Origin: the human T2T-CHM13v2.0 reference genome, Homo sapiens
Length of the DNA: 64,000 nucleotides
Assembly (NCBI RefSeq): GCF_009914755.1
Contig: NC_060934.1
Direction: 5' to 3' (one strand)
In this document: piece by piece, positions 1 through 20,143 of the stretch
Position numbering within the stretch: position 1 is the stretch's first letter
How the letters are laid out: every line of letters begins with the position of its first letter
Notes under the pieces: generated by a model
What the model was told of the DNA's origin: nothing
Databases searched by the model: none
What the model saw: the letters and a program-made list of their open reading frames with translations, nothing else
Program-made: the position numbers and the translations under genes

Positions 1-2573
<2,573 letters not shown>

Positions 2574-2725
2574 TGGACGTGGCGGGGAATGCCACCACAC
2601 ACCCGAAGGGGAAGAATTCCACAAGCAGGCTCCGAGGAGGGGCAGGGCTGTTGAAACAGACAACGTGCCAGGGAATAAAGGTTTTCAGGAAGCGCCTTCA
2701 AATGCCTCGCTGATTTCTCGTGACT

Positions 2726-2752
2726 TCAACTGACTTCGCCTTCTTCTTCCAT
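2726..2752 (-). other. uORF1 MEEEGEVS* in the ARHGAP21 leader
   Basis: gaaATGG (strong Kozak: -3 G, +4 G) through AGT TGA. Confidence 0.6.
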
Positions 2753-4189
2753 TTCTGGAGACTTAAAAACAAAGGCGACAGGTCTTCTTGGCAGCCAGTG
2801 TCGAGGCCAATTGCAGAAAGCGGTCCCCTTCTTCCCAGTGCCACTCCTGAGTCCTGGAAAAATCCGAATGGGTCGTGAAGGTTCGAGTGTCAGCTCCTAG
2901 AGAGATCCTAGGAAAACGAGAAGTTAAAGGTCATGAACTTTCTCCAGGCGCCTATCACTGTCTTGCCCACATGTCCACACCAAGTTCGCGTTTCCTCCCG
3001 AGCAAAACAAACAAAAAAAAATTTTAACGTAAACAAACAAAAAGCCTATAAATTCGAGGGGGTGTTTAAAAAAGAGAAATCTCGAAACTGCCCAGCGGTT
3101 GCGTCAAACACACCTGGCTGTTATGCAGCCTTCAAGAAAAAATGTTCCCCATTCAAGTGCATTTTAATTCATGTCTTTCCTGGGTAGAGCAGAGGGCTGT
3201 GCATGTTGTTTTCTGCATCACCCAGACAGGGACACTTCGGTGAAGTTTTCTCCCCCACGAGGCTGAAATGGGATCACACTTTCCAAGCCCCCTCTTCGCT
3301 CCCCTCCGCCCCCCAAAAACGCAAGCACAAAGCCAGCCTGGCTGGGGCCGGCGTGGGCTCGGCGGCGTCTCCGGGTGACTCGGGCGCCGCCCCTCCGCCC
3401 CTCCGCCCCGGCCGGCGTCCCCGAGGAGGCGGCTGTTTTCCTTGGCCCGCGGCGGGGCTGGGTGGGGACGGCCGGGGAGGCGTGCGCGGCCGCGGGTGGG
3501 ACGCCGGCGCCGCTCCCGCTCCAGGGCATGATTCTGGAGCTACACCCGAGCAACTCTGAAGTCGCGGCTTTTCCCCCAACTACCACTCGACACGGCTTCC
3601 CTTCCCCTGTGGCCACCTAGGGGGAAAAAACGAGAAAAAGCAAACCACCACCCACCTCCCCACGATTCCCCCGCCCCTTCCTGAGGCGGGTCGGGGACCT
3701 CGAGCTCCCGAGGAGAGCGGCCCCAATATGGACTTTCTCAAAGGTGCTAGGAGCCCCGGGGCGAGACAAAACCGGGGGCCTTACCCTTCCCGCCCGCTCG
3801 GGCCCGGCGGCCGAAGCGCGGCGGCGAGCTGAAGCGGAGACGCTGGCCGGGCGCCGGGCCCGGCCGGGACGCGCTAGGCCGCAGGCTCGGTTAATATTCA
3901 TGAGCGGCCCCAGGCGCCCCTCCTCCAAGGCTGGCCGGCCGGACCCCAGCGCCCACCGCCGGCCTTTGTGCCCTTCCCTCCGCCCCGCCGCCCGCCCTTG
4001 CTCCGCACACGCGGGCGCGGCCCCTCCGCCCCCGCCGGGCGCCCGCCGCGGGCTCCCTCCGGCCCCGAGCCAGCGCCCGGCCGGGTGGCCTGTGGCGGGA
4101 AGGGAGAGAGCCCGCGGCAAGCCGGGCACTCCACGGCCCGCGAGCGCAGCGCCCTCTCGGCTGAGACGGAAAAGAAACCAGACACGCAC

Positions 4190-4515
4190 CAGAGGAAGCG
4201 GGACGAGTGGATCCGCACGGGGCTGGCCGGCTCCGGGACAGCGCGCCCCGCCCGCCCGCCCGGCGTGAGCCGGACCCCGCAGCCGGACGATCCCGCGCTG
4301 CCCGCCGCCGCCGCCGCCGCCGCCGCCGCGCTCCGAGGCCGCCGCCCCCGGCCGGCCGCTCCCAGGCACCGCCGCGACCTGCCCCGGCCGGCCCCGGGCT
4401 CTCGGCCGCCGCAGGAGGGCGTGGGGCGGGGCGGCGGCCGCCGGACTCTCCCCTCGCCTCGCCGGGCCGGGCCGGGGCCCAGCTCCGGCGCCCGCGAACG
4501 CCAAGTGACAGAAGC
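4190..4515 (-). other. ARHGAP21: ARHGAP21 non-coding exon 1 (5' end approximate)
   Basis: Donor CTG|GTGCGT (GT at 4189-4188) inside the CpG island; GC-rich exon containing the CGG repeat; Inr-like TCACTT near 4508. The TSS position is inferred. Confidence 0.7.
4302..4328 (-). repeat. (CGG)9 trinucleotide repeat in 5'UTR exon 1
   Basis: Nine uninterrupted CCG units on the + strand. Confidence 0.95.
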
Positions 4516-5350
4516 GCCTCGCTCCGTGGCCGCGCGGAGCTGTTTCCCGGGGGCGGATTTCTCGCTTCTTCCTCCCTGGATCCACCTCCTCCCACTCCAC
4601 CTCCTTCCCCTCCCCTCCCCAGGGGAGGCTCTGGGGCTGAATATTTTCTGTCTTGAATAACACGGGACCGGGGAACCGACGCTGGAGAAGGGGGATTAGC
4701 CGGAGGCCGGAGCGGGGTGCTCGCCTGCCCCCTCCCCGTGGGTCGCGGGACCTACAAGCCCTCGCCCCCCAGCACCCCAAAACCAGGCACACAACGCTCC
4801 CCGCCCCTGCAGTCTCCCAAGCGCTGAACGGCAGCGTCCAGGGATGGGCTTGCTCCCGGGAAAGGAGACCTGGTGGTAGACGTCTGGGGTGGAGAGGGGG
4901 ACAAGCCTATAACAGCGACATCTGCAGACTCCAGGGATCAAAGGTCCTAGATTGGGGGACAGGGCTTGGCAAATTGTGCCCCCACCCCTTTTTTGCAGCG
5001 GGAAGGCAATGAAGCTGCGACGAGACGTGGGACTTCCAGATAAGGGAGTGTCCCCTCACGCCTCACAGCAAAAATCTCTTCCTGTGGTGGGAAGGGGGAA
5101 GTTAGCCAAGCGTTGCTCATTCAGTTCTTTCCCTTTTATAAATTCTGCAGAGCGGCTGAGCGAATTTGGCGCGGCTAGCGGAACTGTGGAGAGGCGGCTG
5201 CGCTTCTCTGTCCGCCACACTCCAGGTCACAGCGGCTCCGGAGCCGCGGCACAACCGCCACCCTCCCCACCCAATTCCCGGGCCTTGTCACAGACCCCGG
5301 CAGCTCGCTCCGCCCCGCCGTGCCTCACAACATCTCCCGCTGCAAATTAC

Positions 5351-5386
5351 CCAATCGGGAGACGCGACGAGAGAACGCGAACCAAT
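5351..5386 (+). promoter_or_regulatory. Tandem CCAAT boxes (NF-Y type), 31 bp apart, flanked by GC boxes
   Basis: acCCAATcggg at 5351 and aaCCAATcagg at 5382; GC boxes near 5309, 5412 and 5423. Confidence 0.65.
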
Positions 5387-6609
5387 CAGGGGCTGGTAAA
5401 TCAGGCTTCCCTCCGCCCTCTTCCCCGCCCCCGGGTGAAGGCCACCGCCCCCTCGGCCTCTCCTTCCCACCCCGCCCCGCTCCGGGGAGGTGGCTCCCCG
5501 GCTCCGAGCCTCGCGGGGCTGGAGGGGGAGTTGCTCGCAGTCAGAGGCAGCGTTTGTCACCTTGTCACCCTCATCCTCGCCCCCTCCCATACACACTCCC
5601 CTCCCCTTCTCGGTGCTCCTGCTGGTGCTGTTGAGGGTCATTTTTATCCTCACTGCGGCCGGGGACTGCCAGCTATTGTGTCTGATCAGCTGCCACCGCT
5701 GTCCGGAGGGAAAAAAAGAAGAACAAAACCTAGAAACTGTGGAGTCCTCTTACCTTTTCCTTCTTTCTTTCTACACTCTCCCCTGTAGACTTAGAAACAT
5801 CCCTTCTCCTTCCCCGCCCGCCCACCACCTGAGGTCCTGTTTCTTTATGGGGGACAGGGGAGCGGGGACAAAAAACACTCCCTGCAGCTGGAGTACCTGC
5901 GCCTTAGTTTTTACATCTTCCTTAAAGTGGAAGGTGCCAAACCAAATCTACAACTAAATCCTCCGCTTCAATTCGAGGGAAGACGTTGACGAGATCATTT
6001 TTATATGGCCATGAAATTTGCGTGTTCTTGACAGCCTGTCACCAAACAAGTCAGCTAATAATCAAGAAAAGAAAAATAGAATAAAATACAAGGACTGTAT
6101 TTCAGTCAGATGGTAATTTACTAAATAGCCCAGTGGCTGTAGCAGTATCCAGTGCTAGATACAATTGAGTAAATTAACAAGAAGTGAATAGAAATTCAGG
6201 GTTCAAGTAGCTCACCGCTTGTGGGCTTATAGAATATGTCCAGAAAGGAAAAACAACTTACAGCACAAAACAACTCCTTGCACATGCAAATGTGCATGCA
6301 TGGCATGAACGGCGTACCTAACAGCTGAGGACTTTTGGGTTAAAATTTTTGCACTAGAAATTTTTTAAATGTTGATTGTGAAATTTTCAGTTTGATAAAG
6401 GAGAGTAAAATGTGGGCCATGAAAGGAGAAGGAAAAGGAAGGAAAACACATTCTAGGAATTATGGAAAAATAACATAACCTAGAGAGGCAATATTTCTAT
6501 AAGAGGTAATAAGATGTAAGGATCAAGATTACAATCCAACTCCATCATTTACCACGTAACTTAGGGAAAATTATGACTTATGTGTCTAAGTACTAGAGCT
6601 ATCAAATTC

Positions 6610-8492
<1,883 letters not shown>

Positions 8493-9414
8493 CATCATTT
8501 GGATGCCTTCTGACCAGACCAAAAAGTGAGTGTGGCCCCCCACGCATCTGGAAAGAGGAAGCCTGCAGCTGGTTTTTCTCCATTCCAAAGGCTAATTGGC
8601 GTAATTGGTGGAGGGTGCAAGCCCTTGGAATTCTCTTTAGCTGCCCATCGTGGACATCTCACTTGTAAACACCTCCACCAGAGGGAGGGCAAGGGAAAGG
8701 AAAGGGGGCCAAACTTCAGTCACGCGGCTACGTGTTAGTTTCAGTGAGAGATTTGGTGAAACAATAGGTTTTGGGGCCATTGTAACTGAAAGGAGATTGA
8801 AACTAACTGGTTGCTATCTTGATAGTTTTCTTTATCCTCAAATATCATGGATAAGCAAGAGCTAACAGTAATTCTAGCTTTGTTTGCTTTGAAAGGCTAT
8901 TTTCCTCCTTAGAGTATAGCTAATAAATGTGTGGGTTTCCTATAATCAAACTTCTTGGAGTATCCTTTGAAATAGCCTCTGAAATTACTATAGCTATATT
9001 AATAAAAACTACAAGAAAGCTTTATACACTAAATCTAGGCAAGACATTTATGAAGATGAGAACTGTATCCTTAAAAGGTAAGTGTTGGCTTTGCTAATGA
9101 CATAATATTGTTTTGGTGAACCAATATCAAGGGAAAAAATGTCAAAGCCAAAAATAGAGGCAAAGTATCCCAGCCCCTGGTGTGGAAGGCCATTCTATGA
9201 TAATCTATGAATGATTTCTACTCTGAATATGTTAACAGAAGCTGGCACATCTGAGAAGCACAAGTGTTTGCTAGTGAATCCACAAATGAAATTTGCAATT
9301 TGGGTTGAAGCCTTTGCAAAACTACGTTAAGACCAATAGCCCTCAGAAGAGTAAGGGGTTTTGTTTTGTTTATTTCTTATTCACACATTACCAAAAAGAC
9401 ACATTACATGCTAA

Positions 9415-9830
<416 letters not shown>

Positions 9831-10588
9831 TGATTCTCCACAATCAGCAATTTCTAGGACTCTTCCTTCATCTCTTTTAAACAAATAATGTAAATGATTT
9901 ACTAATTTATTGTTCTGCATTTGCTAAATATGTATCTTATTATTTCTCTCCACATGATTACTATCTTTGATGATTAATTTCTAGAAGGCAATGACATTAT
10001 TTAATTCATTATATACAATGCCTAGTAAAGTGCCACACACAATAAATATTCTTGAATAATTTATCTGCCCTCAGTTTATTGTCATCTTTTCCTCCTCTGG
10101 ACTAGAATACTGGTGTTTATTTTTGGGTTTGTTTGTTTGTTTGTTTGTTGCTGTTACTTGATTATAAACAATCTTCTTTTGTTACACGGATATATTGTGG
10201 GAAAAAAATAATAAATCTTATTTAGCTAAATATTATCTCCTTTTTTAATCTGGATTATAAACTTCTCTAGAGGAGATTCCTGGAGCTTTTACTACTTTCA
10301 CATCCCCACAATATCTACCACATCTTTTACACATAGAAATTACTACAGAATTATTCAAGAAATAAAAGATGGTTATGTCACTATTATTGATAAATATTTA
10401 TACCTCAAGAAATTCCTGGCTGTACAGGTCCAATAACAGTACAGGTCACAGGAAGATATATGTATAGGCCTATGTGAATATGCCTAAAACAAAGAGTGTA
10501 AATTATAAGAGGTATCCACAAAGAGAACACTTGGTATGGGCCTCAACTTTCGGAAATGCCACATTTTATCTCCTTATCGAAACTTCTC

Positions 10589-10860
10589 TGGCCAGGCGCT
10601 GTGGCTCACACCTGTAATCCCAGTACTTTGGGAGGCCCGAGTGGGTGGATCACTTGAGGTCAGACATTCGAGACCAGCCTGGACAACATGGTAAAACCCC
10701 ATCTCTACTAAAACTACAAAAATTAGCTGGGCATGGTGGCACGGTCCTGTAATCCCAGCTTACTCAGGAGGCTGAGACAGGAGAATTGCTTGAACCTGGG
10801 AGGCAGGGCCAAGCCTGGTTGACAGAGTGACACTCCATCTCAAATAAATAAATAAATAAA
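10589..10860 (+). mobile_element. AluS with deletion in the right arm
   Basis: Alu consensus; gaggcagggccaagcctgg junction; (TAAA)n tail. Confidence 0.93.
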
Positions 10861-12269
10861 CTTCACTGCCAGCGATTTAGCTGTTTTTCAGCCATAAGAC
10901 CATCCTAAAAATTAATATCACTTACATTTTGGTAGAAACTATAAAATTTCACCCCAAAGCTTATCCATAATCATATATCAAAAGTTTTCTTTAGATCCAA
11001 ATTATTATTCAGCATTAGAATTTCCATAATTAAAATTTAGTGGTATGCTAGTCATAGTCATCAACATTGTTAAGTTTATTTATATGTTTTAAGAAAAAAT
11101 ATGAATAAAAAATCCATGTGCAAGTTTTTATTTTATCCTAAGAATCGTGACTTTCATTTATAAGTATTCCAACTTTCCTTAAAAATATGAGACTAGTTTT
11201 TAAAATGTTTCCACCCACCCAACTAAATATGAGTTGGAACATTGTGAAAATACAGTGCAATCTGGAGAAACCCATATTACAACTGGAGAATTGAAATATG
11301 TTTTTATCATTTTGGAATAGAATGCTAAATTCCAAACATTTTAACTAGGAAACTGTGCTAGCAGTTGATTTTTAATATCATAGGCCTAATCCAAAGTAAT
11401 CAAATCTTTTCATCAAAAAAAATAAAAAGTTCTAGCCTTCCCTTTCATTGTCATTGAGCAGAATCAGGAAAGACACCTAAAGACTTCTCTATTCCTTGAT
11501 TCAAGAAACTCTGAGTATCTTTCAATATTGTCTAGCACTGTAGATTCCATTCCTCTATCCCTATAATTGCTTGCATTCCTTATTAATCCAAAAGTCAACT
11601 AACCAAGGCTTCTTCCCTCAGATAGGAAAAGATCGCAGGGCAATATGTGGTAATTCACATCTGGGCTTAAGTAGGATAGATGGCAGGCTTACATAACCTT
11701 TCTCCTCAAAGATTTTTTCAATTATATTTTAATTTTTAAAAATTACGAAGTAAAAAAGAAAAAAACAAACACTAAAACTATGAAGGGGCCCAATCTCATA
11801 CCACATTTTACGAACCCATTCTCATGCCTCCTTCCAGCTTTCTTCTGTGGCTCCTCATTGCTTGAATCCAACAAGAAGCCTGGGGTCCTCAAAGATAATT
11901 CATCCACCCTGTTTCTTTCAATATAAATAGAAATTTTAGATAGTAAATATTCATCAAAGATGAATGAAAAGGAAATAAGACTGACATAAACATTTTAAAT
12001 TGTGATATTGGGGAAGAGATGAAATAAAGGAATATATTCTAAAAAGAAAAGATATATTATGGAAGAAGATTAACCCCAGTAAGCAGAAGAAATATAGAGA
12101 CAAATGTTTCATACCCCGAAGAAAATAAAATATATCAAAAGTGAAATCACAAGAGAATGAATGAAATATAAAAGATGTTAGAATGGCTAAGAGAAGGTAT
12201 TGAGAGGGAAAAATCATACCGTTGCAGAAATAATACATGAATTAGAAATAAGAAGAAATAAGAAATGTC

Positions 12270-12405
12270 TGGCCGGGCACAGTGGCTCATGCCTGTAATC
12301 CTAGCACAGAGGCCAAGGTGGGAGGATCACTTGAGCCTGGGAATTCAAGACCAGCCTGGGCAACACAGTGAGACCTCATCTCTATTTTTAAAAAATAAAA
12401 ATAAG
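12270..12405 (+). mobile_element. FLAM/Alu left monomer within an A-rich old L1-like region
   Basis: ggccgggcacagtggctcatgcctgtaatc...gagacctcatctc. Confidence 0.85.
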
Positions 12406-12608
12406 AAATATCTAGCAGAAAATTGTGGGATGGATGACAGATTTGTTTTAAAGCACATCAAATACAAAGGAAAAGGACAAAGATTAAAGTGATTAGACAG
12501 GAGATGAAAAATATAGAAGACAACAGAAATCTGATTTAGAGAAATTGATGTCTCTGACAGAATTTACAACTAATGAAACTAAAAAAAATTTTTTTCAAAG
12601 ATATACTA

Positions 12609-12850
12609 TGGTAGCCTGCTAAATGTTCCCCCAAATCTGTTCTCTCCTTCTCCTATAATAGTAGTATTTTAGTTAGGCACCTGGTTAACAAGCTAGACTT
12701 TCTATCTAGGTGTGTCTAGGTGTGGCCATGACTAAATTCTAGGCAATGAAATGTGGGCAGGAATGATTGTGTGTCACTCTGGAAGTCTTCCCTTAAAAGG
12801 CTTAGATCTGTGCCTTCCTAGACCCTTCCCCGATTCACAGTGACTGGAGG
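12609..12850 (+). mobile_element. MLT1-type MaLR LTR fragment
   Basis: gtgtggccatgactaaattctaggcaatgaaatgtgggcaggaa is characteristic of old MLT1 LTRs. Confidence 0.55.
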
Positions 12851-12937
12851 TAGGGTTGCCAAGTTTAGCAAATAAAAACAATGAGCACACAGTTCAATTT
12901 GAACATCAGATAAACAACAGATAACTTTTTAGTATAA
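12851..12937. mobile_element. MER53 half element
   Basis: tagggttgcca...tttagcaaataaaaa...cagttcaatttgaacatcagataaacaac...tttttagtata. Confidence 0.7.
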
Positions 12938-13049
12938 AAAAGCCTCATTCAAATTGGTGTTTGAAACCAAAAAAAAAAAAAAGAAAAGAAAAATGTTGCA
13001 GGCAATAAACAAATCAGATTTTAGTGTGTGTCTCATTAAAAAAAAAACT

Positions 13050-13302
13050 GTTGGGCATAGTGGCTCACACCTGTAATCCAACACTTTGGGAGGCCGAGGC
13101 ATAAGGATTTTTTGAGCCCAGGAATTCAAGACCAGCCTGGTCAACATAATTAGACCTATCTCTACAAAAACATTTAAAAATTACCTGGGTGTTGTAGCTA
13201 ATTTTTAGCCCAAGCTATTCTTGAACTCCCAGCCTCAAGCAAGCTTCACACCTTAGTCTCCCAAAGTTCTGGGATTACAGGCATGAGCCACTGCACCCAG
13301 CC
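13050..13302. mobile_element. Two Alu left-arm pieces in inverted orientation (+ then -)
   Basis: A + monomer at 13050-13197 is directly followed by a - monomer ending ...gagccactgcacccagcc. Confidence 0.85.
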
Positions 13303-13433
13303 TTTCAGCTGCTTTTAAATGTGAATGACCACATGATTCAATCTTTAAGTCACATTATTTGTTTTCTTCAAAATTTTTCTTATCAATTAATGCTGAGAAA
13401 AATTTTTAGGTGAGTAATGGTTTTCTTTTGGGT

Positions 13434-13649
13434 CAGGGATCATTAAACTTTTTCTGTAAAGGGCCAGATAGATAATATTTTAGGCTTTGCAGTGCCACGC
13501 GACCTCTGTTGCAACTACTCAACTCTGCTGTTACAGTACTAAAGCAGGGATGGACAACGTATAAATGAATGAATGTGGCTGTTTCTATAAAACTTGATAA
13601 CAGATAGAAGACTGGATTTGGTATATGTGCCACAGTCGGCGAACCCCTG
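13434..13649 (+). mobile_element. MER58A (hAT-Charlie MITE)
   Basis: caggg...aaactttttctgtaaagggccagatag...gcaactactcaactctgc...gaacccctg, with CAGGG/CCCTG termini. Confidence 0.85.
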
Positions 13650-13655
13650 CATTAG

Positions 13656-16024
<2,369 letters not shown>

Positions 16025-16069
16025 CTAGCTCCACTTCGAAATTCAAGAGGTCTCAAATTAAAGACACCC

Positions 16070-16925
16070 TAATCTGCCCTTTCCACGTTAAGTGGCAATT
16101 CTGTTCATACTGCTGCTCCAGACTAAGAACTTCAAAACAGCCTTGACCCCTCTTTCTCTCCCACCCCACATCCCCACATCAGTAAACTCTGTCAGCAACA
16201 CCATCATATTATATCTAGAATCTGATCACCTCCACAGCGGTCACCCAAGTCCACGTGAAGTCATCGATCACCTGGATGAGTTGACAGCCTTCAGCTAGTC
16301 TTCTGCTCTGTCTTTACTAGTGTCTACTCTCAATACAGGAGCCAGTGCAACCCTTTTAGAGCCTAAATCAGGTCTTGTCTCTTCTTTGCTTAAAACTCTC
16401 TGATGGCTTCCCATTTCACTCAGATGAAAAGCCAAAATCTTTACAGTAGTTTACTTCATGCTACTGATCCACCTCCAGGCTATACCAATCTGCTTAAAGT
16501 TCATCAGGCACCGAGGCTTTCCCCCACCTCATCTGTCACTCACCTACTGTTTGCACCTGTTATTCCCCAAGGCTAGACTATGCTTCTCCCTGCCAGATAT
16601 CCACTCTCCTCATTTGATTCAGGCTTTTGCTCAAACATGTCTTCCCTAACCATCCTACTTAAAATAGCACCATAGTCACCTACCTGACTCCACCCCACCC
16701 CAATTACCCTTTCTTTCCACCTTCACCCCTTATACATACTTTATTTAATTTTTCAAAAAGCACTTATTGCCACCTATTGTTTTATTTTTTATTTATTGCC
16801 TGTCTTCTCAGCCTAGAATGTAAATCTCAGAAGAACAGGAAATAAGTCTATTTTATTTTTTGCTGTATCCCTAGTGCCTAGAACAAATCCTGACATACAC
16901 TAGACACCCCATAGAATATAAATGG
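16070..16925 (+). mobile_element. L2 (LINE2) 3' fragment
   Basis: ctagaatgtaaatctc...tgctgtatccctagtgcctagaac is the L2 3' end signature. Confidence 0.75.
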
Positions 16926-16929
16926 AAGA

Positions 16930-17420
16930 GTTTGGGCACAGTGGCTCATGCCTGTAATCCCAGCGGTTTGGGAGACCAAGGTGGGAGGATTGCTAGAGCC
17001 CAGGAGTTTCAGGTTGCTGTGAGCTGTGATTGCACAGATGCCCTCCAACCGTGGTGATATAGCAAGACCCTGTCAGAAAGAGAAAGAGGAATAGCAAGAG
17101 AAGAGGAAAAGAGAAGAGAAAAGAAAAGAAAAGAAAAGAAGGAAAAGAAAGAGAGAAGAATGTACCGTAAACCCAGAGGCTTCCTGGGAGATGGGAATTT
17201 TTTTTCTGGATCTTTAATTCTTATGCAATTTAAATGTTTCTGGGGCATAAATAAAGAAATTATCTAAAATCCTTTATCTAAAGCATGAATGATAAATATA
17301 TGATAGAAATAACCAGGCATGGTAGCTCATGCCTGTAATCTCAGCTCATGCCTGTAATCCCAGCACTTTGGGAGGCTAAGAAGGGGAGTATTGCTTGAGG
17401 CCAGGAGTTCAAAACAAACA
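16930..17420 (+). mobile_element. Alu monomer pieces (16930-17075, 17311-17420) with a GA-rich tail at 17075-17160
   Basis: Alu 5' motifs and (GAAAA)n. Confidence 0.85.
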
Positions 17421-17739
17421 CATAAGAGAAAAAAAAAAAAAACAGGAGACAATTTCACATGAGAATGATTTTTAAAATCCCAATTAAAATATTACTATTA
17501 ACCTTAAGTAATATATCAAATGTACTCTGGATAGAAGTTCATTACATAAATGTAACTATTGTTTGAAATTAGGACATCTCTCCATTAAAAAAAAAAAGTC
17601 GGTTTTATTAGTGATGAGGCTGATAGGAAAACATGGCTTTCAATGTGAGCCAGTTAGGTTTAGTAATCCTCCCCCTGAATTAGAAAGACTCCAGCTGTCT
17701 TGGGCCCAACTGAAGCACAGGAGGTAGTACCCCTGCTTC

Positions 17740-18083
17740 TGAAACTGTTCCAATTGTCCCACAGAACTGATATTTACAGGTTTTTAAAAATAAACTAAAA
17801 GTTGACCCTCCCAGTCTTGAAATTTGAAACCTACTTGTCTTATCTGAGTTCTTTTCTTAAGAAATCAACCCTCAGGCAAGGAATTGAAACTCTTCAGATC
17901 ACTGCATCCAGACTTAGAAGACCTCTCTTCCAACATGATAGATTCCTTACCCCTCCCTAATTCTTGTTTTCCCATCTTCCCTGCTATATAAGCACTCCAA
18001 TTTTAGTAGATTAGGGAGATGGATTTGAGACTTTCTCCCATTCTCCTCCTCCGCAGTACCCAATTAAAGCCTTCTTCTCTGGC
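17740..18083 (+). mobile_element. ERV1-class (MER4-group-like) LTR fragment
   Basis: Starts tgaaactgttccaattgtccc; contains TATA-like ctatataagc and a caattaaagccttcttc polyA-signal region. Subfamily not resolved. Confidence 0.5.

Positions 18084-20143
<2,060 letters not shown>

Larger units (their letters stand above)
3200..5700. promoter_or_regulatory. CpG island / ARHGAP21 promoter region
   Basis: Very GC- and CpG-rich with many GC boxes (GGGGCGGGG/CCGCCC); spans exon 1 and intron 1. Confidence 0.92.

Noticed and set aside
3608-3626. CTCF-like tggccacctaggggg in intron 1
   Set aside because: Needs a 1-nt gap to fit the core and lacks the GGC end; too weak without ChIP data.
3203-5957. 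Long overlapping ORFs in the CpG island (e.g. 3617-4792, 391 aa; 4952-5788, 278 aa)
   Set aside because: Stop codons are rare in very GC-rich DNA. The ORFs are open in many frames on both strands, are G/A/R/P low-complexity, mostly start at non-ATG codons and show no recognisable domain.
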